Source of the DNA: Heterodontus francisci
Lineage: Eukaryota
Assembly (NCBI RefSeq): GCF_036365525.1
Contig: NC_090421.1
Coordinates: forward strand, 6,204,725-6,268,724
Direction: 5' to 3'
DNA length: 64,000 nt
Shown here: one piece after another, positions 13,030 to 26,735 of the stretch
Position numbering within the stretch: position 1 is the first letter of the stretch
How the letters are laid out: each line of letters opens with the position of its first letter
Made by a program: the position numbers and the translations under genes
The notes under the pieces: model-generated
The model's input: the letters and a program-made list of their open reading frames with translations, nothing else
Told to the model about the DNA's origin: nothing
Database searches by the model: none

Positions 13030-14372
13030 CAATCTCTATCTCCCTTCGGCCCATCATGTCTGTGCAGGCCATCACACACCTATCTATTCTAATCCCATTT
13101 TCCAGCACTTTCCAGTAGCCGAGTCTGCTATGGCGTTTCAAGTGCTCATCTAAATACTTCTTAAATGTTGTGAGGGTTCCTACCTCTACCACCCCTTCAG
13201 GCAGTGTGTTCCAGATTCCAACCACCCTCTGGATGAAAAAAGTTTTCCTCAAATCCCCTCTAAACCTCCTGCCCTTTACCTTGAATCTATGCCCCCGGTT
13301 ATTGACCCCTCCGCTAAGGGAAAAAGTTTCTTCCTATCTAACCTATCAATGCCCCTCATAATTTTGTATATCTCAATCATGTCCCCCCTTCAGCCTTCTC
13401 TGCTCTAAGGAAAACAACCCCAGCCTCTTCATAGCTGAAATGCTCCAGCCCAGGCAACATCCTGGTGAATCTCCTCTGCACCCTCTCCAGTGCAATCACA
13501 TCCTTCCTATAGTGTGGTGACCAGAACTGTACACAGTACTCCAGCTGTGGCCTAACTAGCGTTTTATGCAGCTCCATCAAAATCTCCCTGCTCTTATATT
13601 CAATGCCTTGGCTAATAAAGGCAAGTATCCCATATGCCTTCCTAACCACCTTATCTACCTGTGCTGCTGCCTTCAGTGATCTATGGACAAGTACACCAAG
13701 GTCCCTCTGACCCTCTGTACTTCCTAGGGTCCTACCATCTATTGTATATACCCTTGCCTTGTTAGTCTTCCCAAAATGCATCACCTCACACTTCTCAGGA
13801 TTAAATTCTATTTGCCACTGCTCCGCCCATCTTACCAGCCCATCCATATCGTCCTGTAATCTAAGGCTTTCCTCCTCACTATTTACGACATCACCAATTT
13901 TCGTGTCATCTGCGAACTTACTGATCATACCTCCTATATTCATGTATAAATCATTAATGTACACTACAAACAGCAAGGGTCCCAGCACCGATCCCTGCAG
14001 TATACCACTGGTCACAGGCTTCCACTCTCAAAAACAACCCTCGACCATCACCCTCTGCCTCCTGCCACTAAGACAATTTTAGATCCAATTTGCCAAATTG
14101 CCCTGGATCCCATGGGCTCTTACCTTCTTAACCAATCTCCCAAGCGGGACCTTATCAAAAGCCTTACTGAAGTCCATATAGACTACATCAACTGCTTTAC
14201 CCTTCATCTACACATCTAGTCACCCCCTCGAAAAATTCAATCAAATTTGTTAGACATGATCTCCCCCGACAAAGCCATGCTAACTATCCCTGATTAATCC
14301 CTGCCTCTCCAAGTGGAGTTTAATCCTGTCCCTCAGAATTTTTTCTAATAGTTTCCCTACCACTGATGTTAC
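13030..14372 (-). mobile_element. CR1 LINE, 5'-truncated
   Basis: ORF 13377-14015 has RT motifs (QGSVLGP, FADD, LEYCVQFWSP); CR1 3' end present. Confidence 0.93.
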
Positions 14373-15360
14373 ACTCACCAGCCTGTTGGCCTACACTCAT
14401 GAGAAACTGTGTTGCAAGTGCTCTGAACTCCTGGAACTGAATTTACAAAATCCTTGCAGCGATCAAGGGCAAAGGTTTTTATTCCATCAGTCTGGGTTGC
14501 ATTTGCATCCAGGTCCAAAATGTGAAAAGAAAGTATGTTAACACACTGCACACCCATTTGTGATTATATGCTTTATATAACTCACTGCCAGCTATCGATT
14601 GTCCCATAGATAAACATTGAACAAAACACAATTGATTTTAAATGTTGAATTCATGCAGAAATTGTAAAAATATATGCCTGCTCATTTGCGCTGTGTTAAT
14701 TGAAGTGCATTGTACTCTCTTCCTTAACTACCTAAAGTACTAAACATATTTTACGTGCTGGGTATGTCTTTATCAGCAACTTTATATGATCCAGTATGTG
14801 TGTGGCTTTGTTTCTTGTCTTCAATATGCAATATGAAACATTAGAGTGTAGTTTTGAGACATTTGGGGTTTTTCAGTAGTTTTTATATGGGCATAATAAT
14901 GTCATGTATCATAGCTTGGTGCAAGAGCAGTCTCATAAAACATCAGGAACTCCCACGGAGTTTCAGACGATTTTTGACATCTACCATATGTGCACAAAAA
15001 GATAACTGCAGCCTTAGAAAGGGTGGCTTAGGGAACGTGATGGCAGCCTTCGGAAAAGGAACATGGCGAGGGCAACGACCAGGAGCAGGACGAGTTGCGG
15101 TCAAACGTATCAAAGATGCCCCCGTTCCCTTTTGAGACTCAGAGTGGCACTGCACACGCCTAGGCATGAACCATCCCACCACACAGGCAACTAAGCCCCG
15201 AGTTTTAAAAGCAGCTGCAGTGTCCATATGCACATCCCATGCACCCAACAACATAACCAAAAGGAAAGACCGAAGAGGCTGGGGCTCTTTTCTCCAGAAA
15301 AGGGACGGTTGAGGGGTGACCTAACAGAGGTCTTCAAGATTATGAAGGGGTTTGGCAATG

Positions 15361-15730
15361 CCCACTCCAGGACTTGAGCATAAAAATCAAGGGGAACATT
15401 TCTGTGTGGTACTGTTAGACGTGGATGAGGTGTTAAACCACGGCCCTGTCTCTCTTCTCAAATGGCTGTAAAAGATCCCATGGCACTATTTGGAAGAAGA
15501 GCAGGGGAGTTATCCCTGGTGTCCTGGCCAATATTTATCCCTCAACCAGCATTACAAAAGGGCAAGTTATCTGGTCATTATCACATCGCTGTTTGTGGGA
15601 GCTTGCTGTGCGTAAATTGGCTACTGTGTTTCCTACATTACAACAGTGACTACACTTCATTGGCTGTAAAGTGCTTTGAAATGTCCTGTGGTTGTGAAAG
15701 GTGCTACATAAATGCAAGTCTTTTTTTCTC
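15361..15730 (+). mobile_element. Deu-domain SINE inside a CR1 3' fragment (15270-15790)
   Basis: Same core and tail as 1722-2160; CR1 sequence on both sides. Confidence 0.8.
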
Positions 15731-16364
15731 TTTAAGCACCAGTATAGACCTGTTGGGCCGAATGGCCTGTTACTGTGCTGTAAGCTCTATGTATACTACA
15801 AGCTGTCATGCTTTACTTGAGACATTCTGACATTAAACAGCAAAAAAAAAATCAAACACCAGTGGGACAAGGCACCCAATCTGGCAAAATCAGCTGATTT
15901 GTTGCTTCTATGATAAACCAGGCTCCCACCTCAAGCACAGACCTGAATTCCAATCTTTCAGCACACTACAGGTTGAGACATAAGACACACTGAAATCTAC
16001 TTACTACAAGCCTTAGGGGGTCAAACAGCCAAGTGAGTGGATTGACGAGTATCTATGTGCTCATGACATCATGGGGCAGACCAATTTCTAGGATATTTGT
16101 GTCAACTGTGCTCTTATACTCGAGCTGACATATTGTGAAGATTCCACCTTTTGAATGTCTGATCAGAAGTGCTTTAGAAGTACCAGTTTTCAAAGTATTA
16201 ATTCATACAGTTGTCAGATCTTGGTGCTGAACCTTAACCTGCATGAATGATGCACAAAATTAAGGACGTAAAAGCATTGAATTCACACTTGATCATCACC
16301 AATGGAGTGCAAGCCTACCAGTTCAGGCCAGTTGAGTTGGGGCTAAGGAAAATTGGTCAATAAA

Positions 16365-16555
16365 AGAAAGAACTTGCCTTTATATTGCACTTTTCGGGAT
16401 GCCCCAAAACACTTTACAGCCAATGTAGTACTTTTACAAAGAGTAGTCACTGTTGCAATGTAGGAAACGCAACTGCTAATTTGTGCACAGCAAGATCCCA
16501 CAAACAGCAATGTGATAATGACCAGATAATCTATTCTTTTGTGATGTTGGTTGAG
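16365..16555 (-). mobile_element. Deu-domain SINE 3' half
   Basis: Reverse complement of the SINE tail region. Confidence 0.8.
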
Positions 16556-18819
16556 GAGCAAGTGCAGGCTGATTCCTCAGAGTCTGTTGTAAGTGCCAGC
16601 TGGGTTCCTTGTAAGAAACATGTGGGTATGATTCAGCCTATGGGCCTTGTGTTTTACAGCACTGCCAGTGTGTTCCAATTCAATTCAGCTGCTTTTCCTA
16701 TTTGAGTTGATAAATTGCTTGATCATAGGTTTATACTTAGCTTAACATGCAGAGCACATAATAACCAGGCTTTGCTATTGTGCATGTGAGATGCCAAGTG
16801 TGTTTATAAGGAGAATAATGGATACCCGGGGGTGTTTACATAGCAGTAATCTCATTGAGGTTCAGATGACATCACGAGTCATGAGTGCAAAAGCATGGGC
16901 AATTTACAACTGCCATTTGAACAGAGATAAAATTACTGCCTCGAATTCTCTTTATTTTAGCCCAAGGTTTGACAATAACTAATCGGTCTCCAGTGCTATT
17001 GTGTACAAGCAGTCAAAACCAAATGTCGTCTTCAGGTGAATTGAGGTTAGAGGCTGGAGGATGATTGGACCAAGGCATCAGGCATAATTCTGTCCTTATT
17101 TTATATTTCCATTACATATCCCTATGTCCACATTTACAATGGAAACAGCCTGTGTAAGATTGTCACACTGTAATTACACCTTCCTCCAGAGGAGGTGCTG
17201 CTTACAGTGTGACAAGTTTACATAGGTTATTTCCACTAAAATTATGCGCATAGAGATTTAAAATGGAAAAAGTTGACCAGAAGTGCGTGCAAGTGATTTT
17301 TCTCATGTATTATAGATATATCGACATATCTATATCATTACATTGGTGGGGGATTCAGTTAATTTGTGGATAGGTGCCATTAAAAGTCAGAATGCTCTGA
17401 AGTGTGGTGACAGATTTAAGAACTGCTGCTCCATATTTATCGAAGAATCATCAGTTGATTAGTGAAAAAACTGTGCATCTCTTACAAATAAACTGAAACA
17501 AAATATTTTATTCACATCTGAAACACGTATACTGGGGATTGTCAGTTAGTGGTCAAATCTTTTTGTAGATAATTGACTCCTGGTTCACATATGAAAACAC
17601 TAATTTAAAAAAAAAATCAAGATTAAGATTGGAAAGAGCCAGTCAGGTTTCCATGATGCTTAATTCTGAAACATTTAACCTAAAGCTGACACGGGTGATT
17701 TGCTTTTCAATGGCAATGATCAGACCAGGAAAACTAGCTTTAGTCAGATCAAAACCATAACTCAGTTATTCAGAAAAAAGTTGCAGTAAACATAGTCATT
17801 CTTAATGAGTAATTACGATGATCAAATGACCACAGATGTGTTTCAGACTTTAGGCATAGGATGTCTAGTCATATGGCTGTCTAACTTTGTCTGACCCAGT
17901 ATTTGGGAAAGAGAGAGAGGTCCAAAATAAAACCATAGAATAGATACAGAAGCTGCAGTAAAGATGAACTATCCTGAATGAATATTCCTGAATGATCCTT
18001 ACTCAGTCAATTTTTAATCTGACCATAGTTGCCAGGAATGAAAGGGTGGTTATTATTTTTCCTGACAAGCGAAATTCCAGCCGTTCAGCCGAGAGACATC
18101 TGAGACTAACTTAAGGAATGTTTTTTTGTCTTCTTGAGTGACATTTCAGTGCTCTGATTTGCCTTCCCATCATGTTATTCTTGATCTGTGAATGGTATTG
18201 CAATAGCTAAAGATGATGCTGAAAGGGACTGAGTTAACTCGATGCTAAATCTGTCCAAGCAATGTGCAGCAGAAATCAACAAAGTCAATACGAATGCTGA
18301 ACTACATTTCATCAAAACAGTGTAGTATGTCGGAGAAGGATCAAACTATAGGCCAGACTGTAGCCTGAATACTTCTCCTTTCACGTGGCAGTAGCAAAAA
18401 TCACAATGCAACATCTAAGCCAGATATCCAGGCCAAAGCTTGGAACAGTGAAGGATATGTTGTAGGCTGCCCACGAATTTCCTCGGAGGGCAGTGTACGA
18501 TGATGTGCTCCAGGGTCTAATTAGGAGCTCCATGGTCTCATGATGGGGATGCTTTAATCTTCCGCCTTAGTAGGCCTACTTAGGCGCCTACTATAACTTG
18601 TTCTTGGGTGGCTGATGGTTGTCCTCTGTTTGCGAGGAAGGTTTGATCCATCAGCTTGTACTGTGGGGTCCTCAGTAAGGAATCCATTTGGTACGTCGCA
18701 ATTCTTCCAAGCATTATGCCATTGGGTCATCGAGGCTGAGGGGAGATCACTGAAGGGTCTCAGCGATAGCCCAAAGTGGCCTCCTAGATTTGAGGCGGGT
18801 TGGTGGCAGGTTGCCCGAG

Positions 18820-19000
18820 TCGGCCTGGCTTGGCATGTCTTTTGCTCTCCGGCATGGCTGTCAGGTCAGTGTGTCAAATCCGTTGATGTCCAGCTGAACT
18901 CGCCTATGAGAATTATTACCTCTGTGCTTCCATCCAGACCAATGTCCTGTCTGCCTGTGTTTGCAAACGTCACACCATCACAGCTATGCCCGCGAATATG
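18820..19000 (+). mobile_element. Degenerate Ingi/Vingi-like LINE fragment
   Basis: Translation FCSPAWL...VDVQLNSPMRIITS...CLPVFANVTP resembles the post-RT region of Ingi/Vingi ORFs. Confidence 0.5.
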
Positions 19001-19039
19001 CAGTGTCCAGCAAACACAACACTGAATTCTGCATGCAGC

Positions 19040-20400
19040 TGTTGGGCTTGGTTGCCAAGAAAGAAGGGAGATGTCCAAGCACAGGAGGCAGTGCAGAGAA
19101 GAGCTACATGCTGATCCCCAGAGTGAGGGGGTCTGAGCAATGAGGAAAGACTGGAGAGACTTGGGCTTTTCAGCCTGGGAAGGAGGACACTGAGAGGTTA
19201 TCTCATAGAGATTTATAAGGTTGCTCAGAGTATAGAAAACATTCAACCGGCCTAATCATCTTCATTTCCTTCAATGACCTTCCCTCCATGATGAGTTTAG
19301 GAGTGGGGCTGTTCACCAATGATTGTATAGTGTTCAGCAATTCCTCAGATAATGGAGTAACCCATATCAGGACCTGGATAACATTCAGGATTGGGCTGAC
19401 AAGTGGCAGGGAACATTCACACCACAAATGCCAGGCTATGACCATCTTGAACAAGAAGAAAATCAGCCATCAATGGCATCACCAGTTGCTTATCTGGACC
19501 AGCCATATCGAGCATATAGCTACAAGAGCAGGGTAGGGCAGAGGCTGGATACTCTGTGAGGCTGTGGCTCACTTTCTAACCCCTTAAAGCTGCTCCACAA
19601 TCTACAAGTCTCAAATCAGGGCTGTGATGGAATACTTATCACTCCCCTGGATGGGTGCAGCTGTAATAACACTCACAAAGCTTCACACCATCCACGATAG
19701 AGCAGTCTGCTTGATCAGCGCCCCTGCTACTGGACTCAATATCCACTCCCTCCATCATTGAAGCACTGTGCTTGCAGTATGTATGATCTACAGGATCCAC
19801 TGCAGCAACTTATCAAGGTTACTTCAACAGCACCTCCCTGACCTGCGACCTCTCCCATTAAGAAGGACAAGCAGCAATGTCGTGAGAACACCACCTGCTC
19901 CAAGTTCCTCTCACGCCGTCCTGACTTGGAAATACATCACCATTCCTTCATCTTCGCTCAGTCAATACCTTGGAATTCTTTACCCTACATCATTGTGGAA
20001 GGACCATCGCCGCAAGAACTACAGCAGTTAAAGGAGAATGACCACCACCGTCACCTTCTCAGGGCAACTGGAGAAGGACAATAAGTGACGGCTTTGCCAG
20101 CAGCACCCACATCCCAAGAACAAATAGAAAGATGACTAGAATTCAACTGCAAGAGTAGAACTAAGAGACACAAGCAAACTCATGAAAAGTAATTTTAGGA
20201 CTGATATCAGGTAATTCTTCGTAGAGAAAGTGCTCAACATGGGGAATGCACTTCCCGATAGAACAGTGGAGACAAAAACCCTGGAATCATTTGAGAAAGA
20301 CTTTTGATATTATAATGTGGGGATGTTAGGATCTCCCTGGATGAATAAATTAAGGTTGTCCAAATGGCCTTCCTCATCCATAATTATCTTATGATCTTGA
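19040..20400 (+). mobile_element. Old CR1 3' end interrupted by a family-B LINE (about 19255-20125)
   Basis: CR1 3'-end motifs at 19040-19245 resume at ~20130-20400 around a degenerate family-B copy. Confidence 0.65.
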
Positions 20401-20569
20401 AATTCTATACACCCAGATAAATCTCCTAGCAGCTATGCCAAGTTGTGCGTAACTTTGCATGGTCACAAAATAAAACTAAAGTTCACATTCATTCTCAGTT
20501 CTGTTTCTGTGCAAAGTTGAGGGTCAAACATTAGCACTCATTTGAGTGACAATTAGATGACTTGAGCAC

Positions 20570-20823
20570 CTGTCCCTGAAAATAAATGGGATAAGAGCTC
20601 ATTTGGATAGAGCATGTGTTAATTGTATATTAACTGTATTTAGCTGGTGGTCATGAACTGGGGATTCGCTTGTGCCCCTATAAATAGGAACAGACTGAAA
20701 GTCTGGCTGTTGGGTGAGGGGGTGCCTACTTGTAATGTGTATCTCTGTAAATAAATGCTTATAAAAGTGTGTAAGGATTGGCTCTAGTTCTATCCTTAAC
20801 CAGCTAGCTTTCTGGATTATAAT
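20570..20823 (+). mobile_element. Possible solo LTR fragment
   Basis: TATAAATA then AATAAA and an LTR-like end (ATTATAATA); 5' boundary and TSD not found. Confidence 0.4.
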
Positions 20824-21930
20824 AGCATGATCTATGATATAGAACCCTTTCTTTCTTTTGAACACAAGCATATACAGTTACCTGGCCTTTGACCCATGAA
20901 TAATTAGGTGACGTTCTGTTCGGACATGAAGTTGAGGGAAAGAAGGGACTGGCTTCCCTTTTCCTTATCGTATACGATAACGCTTTGGTAATATGGTTGG
21001 AAACGCACAAACAACGGGGGAAGAATTTCTCTGAGCACTTGGTATGGAAAAATCACTAAACAAAAAAGTATATAGAGAACAGGTATAGCTGTGCTACACT
21101 GCTTGTGCAGAGGAAACCTTCCCCACCCCATGTTAGCTTAATGATTTCTCAAACATACACTTTGAGATTGTAGGATAATAGCGAACATTCTGGGGTATTT
21201 AGTAACATTCTTTGGTTCCCGACTAATGGAAACTTGCCGGTGAAGAATATATAACCTCCCTCACGGCCTTCAGCAGGACTGAAGTCAGGAACTCATCACC
21301 TGGAGCACTGAAGCCTAAAGATCACAAGAATAAAAAAAGCAGGGAATGGGAAAAGGTCATTTGGCTCATCAAATCTATTCCCTTCACAATTTGCTCTAAC
21401 CTGGACTCCGCCCAACACATTTCATCTCCTAAGGAAAGGTTCTATGAGTTGTTCCCTACAAGGCTAAATCTACCAAAACTCCAATCAAAACTAACCTTAC
21501 ATCCTCTATTATTTGACTCCGCGTCAGTAGTCATTTGCAATAACATTTCTTCTAACCTTCCCCTTCACGCGGTGGGTACTAATACTGAATTTATGCCCCC
21601 TTATGATCAATTCACCAACCAGAAAATCCTTTTACTGTTTACTCTCTAGAACACGTTCAGAATTATGTCAGATTTCCCCAAGGCCTCACTGCTCCGGTGA
21701 CAAATAAAATCACAAAATGACACCGCACAGAAAGAGGCCATTTGGCCCATTGTGTCTGTGCAGACTCTTTGAAAGAGCTCTCCAATTCGTCCCACTCCCC
21801 TGCTCATTCCCCCATAACTCTGCAAATGTTTCCTTTTTAAATAGAGATCCAATTCCCTTTGGAAAGTTACTCTTAAATCTGCTTCTACCTCCCTTTCAGG
21901 CAGCGCATTCCAGATCACAATTCGCTGCGT

Positions 21931-23008
21931 TGTCACGTTCACACAAGGAGCAATTATGAACTATAAAATGAACTGATGAATTGAACTCACAACAGACAGT
22001 TTTTTCTGCAAAATAAAATGGAGTAAGAGGTCAGGTGGCCTCTCCTGTACCGCGAATACATATGGTAACTGCTGGAACCCTGAACCAATCGTCATATCTA
22101 GTCAAGTGTTGAAGAAAACATTGGAAATATAAACGGCCCATTCAATGTTAATGGCTGCCTCTCTTTAACAAATTGGGCTAACAATGACTTTGCAGACATG
22201 GAGTCTCCAGACTCAAACTCAGGGTGTGAAAAACACCACTTTATCAAGATGGCATAGAGAAGAGCAACATCCAAACCCATTGTCTAATAATGGCCACACC
22301 ATCAAACACCATTTATGAAAATAATGGGAGAGAACCTTAGCAATCACCTGACAGAGACCAAGTCTCTGATAAGGAGTTTTTAACAAGAGACATTTTCTGT
22401 GAAAAGCGAGAAATCCAGAAGCCAGAAGGAAAAGAGACCATCCCAGCAAGAAGGACCCTCCCAGAATACCATCTTTAAACTGCCTAGAGGCAGAGACAAA
22501 AGGTGAACTTTGAAACTCCCTACCCAAGAAATGGTAACAGGATCTTCACCATCGCGCTGTGGCTGAGATTTCACCAAAGGAGTCTGCTTTCATCTGTCCA
22601 CCTGAAACCTTCCAAAGTTTTATGTCAGTGAACCAGGAATAAGGGAAAACAGGCCTGCACCGTTTTTAAATCTTCTTCCCAGAGAAACAAACAAGGTTTC
22701 ACAATGAACTCTTTTTAAAATCATCAGACCTAAATGCATGCTATCTTTTAATCTCTATCTTTTCTTGTGTGAGAGCATGTGTGTGTGTATGTGTGTGTCT
22801 GTTTGTGTATGGTTGCGAATATTTTTGGGTATTGTTTAATAAACATTTATCTTACTTTAAACCTATGAGAAAACCTGTCATTTGTCTGTTTATTGACCAT
22901 TAAAACGTTCAAGGGTTAAAACACAATTCTAATAAAAACACACTGTCTTCGGTCAGTTGAGAGGTGAAAAGGAAAACCACCCCTATCATTTCCTACCTGT
23001 CCGTAACA
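21931..23008 (+). mobile_element. Solo LTR (1078 bp) inserted in a CR1
   Basis: Termini TGTCACG...CGTAACA (imperfect inverted repeat), 4-bp TSD GCGT/GTGT, AATAAA near the 3' end; flanking CR1 at 21708-21930 resumes at 23009-23236. Confidence 0.8.
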
Positions 23009-23995
23009 GTGTAAGAAAAATTCTGTGTCTCCCTCCCTGTTTTTAACCAATTATTTTAAATCTGTGACTTCTGGTTACCAACCCTTCTGCCAGTGGAAAC
23101 AGTTTCTCCCTATCTACGCTATCAAAACTCTTCATAGTTTTGAACATCTCTGTTAAATCTCCCCTTAACCTTCCCTCTTCTAAGGTGAACAATCCAAGCT
23201 TCTCTCGTCTCCCCACATAACTGAAACCCCTCATCAAAAGTATGGGACCTCCATTGAAAGCATAAGGTTCAGAGGTTTAAAGGACCATATCGACCCATCA
23301 GATTATTAGTAGTTTTCACAAGTTGTTATTAAACACATTAAATGCATCTTCCGTGACAATGATTAATTGGAGTACAAGTATGTTACTGCAATACTTCTTG
23401 GGTTACTTGTGCTACAGCATGGCCCTAAATATCAAACACATTGAGTAAGGTGCTTTGAAATATTATTTTAACAGCAGTTGTAAACCTTTTATTTGACTTT
23501 GTTCTCCATACGTTTGTTAACAGCATAATTAATCTACTCGGGTACATAATACTGCTGGTAACACAGATCTGCTTCTGGATATAGGACAGTACATCTTGAT
23601 TTCCTTTTCCCTCACTGACACATGGATCTGCTGTCACTATGTTGTGATCTGTAATCTCAAAATATATTTGAAACCGTTTTCTGTACTTTTTCATCTTGAA
23701 ACAGTAGCTTACACCCCCTATGTGCATTTTATTCCCTGCAACGGTGGAGGAATTGCCCCCAAAACACAGTAAAAAGAGCTCTCAGGTACAGATAACTACA
23801 CAAGGGCAGGTTATTATATTGACTAACATTGTGAAATATTTATAACATATGAACAAAGCCCAAGAATGTGCGTGAGAATGTTTGGAGTCAGATTCTGGGA
23901 ATGTGTAGATGAAAAGTCAAATAAGTAAGTGATTGGATATATTCCACAGAGGTGCTGTGTACGTGTATGTGTGTGCATTACTTGGCGTGAGCGAA

Positions 23996-24177
23996 GAGGG
24001 TCGTTAGTGTAAGGGAGGAGTAGTTAATGTGAGGGTGTGGGTAGTTAGTGTGAGGCAGGAGGGTTGTTAGTGCAAGGGAAGGTACTTAGTGCGAGGAATG
24101 AGGGTAGTTAGTGTGAGGGAGGGTAGTTAATGCGAGAGGAGGGTAGTTAGTGCAAGGGTGGAGGGTGGTTAATGTGA
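23996..24177 (+). repeat. G-rich minisatellite
   Basis: About 9 degenerate copies of ~GGGTAGTTAGTGTGAGGGA (19-22 nt). Confidence 0.85.
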
Positions 24178-25742
24178 TAAACCAGCACCAAGTCAATGAG
24201 AAAGGATGGAATGAGAAAAGGCTATTTGGCCCATTAAGCTCACTCCTTCCACAGGCTTGGGACATTTGTGCAAAAGAGTCCCTGCCCTCTGAATAAAGGA
24301 GGAAAACTCCAGTGGATAATGAAGTATTCATTTTAAACAATCAATACTGAGCAGCAGGATAAGTGTCTGTTCACAGGCCATGGCAAACCATTAGTTAACA
24401 GACTTCATTGCAACTCTAGCCAGCTGAAGATGGCACTCAATGGACAGAAGGTACAGTTATGTGGTCGATGGATCATAAGCTAACCATGAGTGTTGAAAGT
24501 CTAATCTGAAGTTGCTGCAATGTTAGCATAAGTTGGAGGTTGCATGATTGTGTAACCCATAAACTCCAGTGGCTCCTCACTGCTCCATGTCATTATATTC
24601 TGTAATAACAATGAAATCAGGAAATGCCTGGGTGTGCAATGTGTGGTTAACATTTCTGATCTGCAGAGAGGTATAACCTCAGAAAATAGCCTCTGCGTGT
24701 GTCCATATACTGGGACGCTGTCTGACCAGTCATTCCCAGCTGCATCTGGTTTAAGGATGAGCTTGAGTAATCTCATGACTCCATTTAATAAGGTTATGGA
24801 GAAGCTCTTTTTTTTTACAATGTAAGATGAGACTGCTGGAATTGTAAAGATGAACTTCCATTAAACAAGGGCACAGCAATGTTATATTTCATGACTAAAG
24901 GTTTTGATACAAAAACAAAGAGTGCTTTATGATGCTTACACTTTGATGGAGAGTGAGGAAGAGGAGGAAAGAGGGATGATGAAGATGGAAACACAACCTG
25001 ACAAAGGAATACTTCAGGGATACTTGCCCCCTCCACAAGGACGCTCTCTGTCTTCTATCTATACACCTCCACATAGAAATCAGCTTACACTTAACCAGGT
25101 CTTCCAACCATGGAGACTACTTCCATGCTTTTTAGGAATTGGTCATGAAGCCATGACACTTCGATCCTCCCAGTTGGTACTTAAGTCAGAAATGACTAGT
25201 GCGTATTAGATCTTAGCAAGCAATATAATCGCACCCCTCGTAATGCTCTTCTTCTGATCTAAGGACCACCGAGTCTTTCTCAGTAAACCTCAGAACACAG
25301 CACCACCCGTTACAGTATCATTTGTAACCCTTCATGTTTTAACAGCAAATTTTGAGTGCAGAATGAAAGCAAGATTAGAGCTTCTCAAACGTTCATTTTA
25401 ATACTGTGGCTACAGTGCATAAACACAAAAGAGTGCAGCTTGGAACAGGGGCAATGAGCTTATGGTTGAGTATATAGAGCAGATGGATGTCCCTCATTCC
25501 ACATTAGAATTTTGACACCATATACACAGGTACAACAGTTAGCCCTTATAAAACTGAAACCACATTGATTTAAAAATCCTAACTGCGCTCCCAGAATGTT
25601 GGACTGTGATCAGAAACCAAATCAGTCCCCCACGTCAATAACATAGCCATTATTTTGATTCAAATTAAACATGTCCCATGTACTGTCTTGAACCTTTCTT
25701 AATCTTGATCTATGTTACTGGAACTCCAATCTCTATCTCCCT

Positions 25743-26272
25743 CATAGAATCATAGAATGATTGTAGCACAGAAGGAGGCCATTCAGCCCGTCATATCTGT
25801 GCCAGCTCTCTGCAAAACAACTCAGCTAGTCCCACTCCCCCAGCCCTTTCCCCAGAGCTCTGCAAATCTTTCCCTTCAGATAATTATCCAATTCCCTTTT
25901 GAAAGCCACAATTGAATCTACCTCCACCGCTCTCTCAGGCAGTGCATTCTGGATCCTAACCACTCACTGCATAAAAATGTTTTGCCTCATGTCACCATTG
26001 GTTCTTTTGCCTTTCACCTTAAATTGGTGTCCTCTGGTTCTCGAACCTTCCGCCAATGGAAACAATTTCTCCCTATCTACTTTGTCTACCCAATGATTTT
26101 GAACACCTCTTATCAAATCTCCTCTCATCCTTCTCTTCTCTTCTCTAAGGAGAACAGCCCCAGCTTCTCCAATCTATCCATGTAACTGAAGTCCCTCATC
26201 CCTGAAACCATTCTCGTAAATCTTTTTTGCACCCTCTCTAAAGCCTTCACATCCTTCCTAAAGTGTGATGCC
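25743..26272 (-). mobile_element. CR1 LINE 3' end
   Basis: KDVKALERVQKRFTRMV...LEKLGLFSLE and CR1 tail. Confidence 0.9.
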
Positions 26273-26509
26273 CTATGTGCACACACACACACACACACAC
26301 TCAGAACAGAAACGGCATGATATGGCTCTGGACAGTATATTTTAATTGATTGGAACTTGTCCGTTTGGTACACACCATCTTTCTTGTAAAAGCAAAATCA
26401 GGATGGGGTGAGGTGGGAGTGAAAGGGGGCAACCTGCTTTCTTTATTTGTATATCATACTATGCAGCATTATATATTTATGGGAAAATTAACTTGTAAAT
26501 TAAACAAAA

Positions 26510-26735
26510 GCATGGGAGACAATAGTTCCCTGGTGCAATCTCCATGGCAACTCCTCGACCAATGAGAGTCAACTTGCCAACCAATCAGCACTCTTTTCTC
26601 ATGCAGTACAAATTGTTGCTCCCTTTGAAATTTGGCATTCTTGTGTCTGTCCTGATGAGTGCAAGATGAAAAGCTTCAACAGCATGTCCCTTTTTTTCAG
26701 CAATACTCAAGTTCCATACTACCAAGTGACTAATT
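26510..26735 (+). mobile_element. Short repeat with hammerhead-like motif (PLE pseudo-LTR or retrozyme-like)
   Basis: Two CCAAT boxes, then CTGTC-CTGATGA-GT-GCAAG-AT-GAAA-AGCT-TC-AACAG at 26647-26682. Confidence 0.5.

Noticed and set aside
17311-17334. AT-rich palindrome
   Set aside because: Low-complexity TA repeat, expected by chance.
24634-25209. Acidic ORF (MESEEEEE) and an LMTP motif as a host gene or Harbinger transposase
   Set aside because: Short, low complexity, no catalytic DDE context or splice structure.
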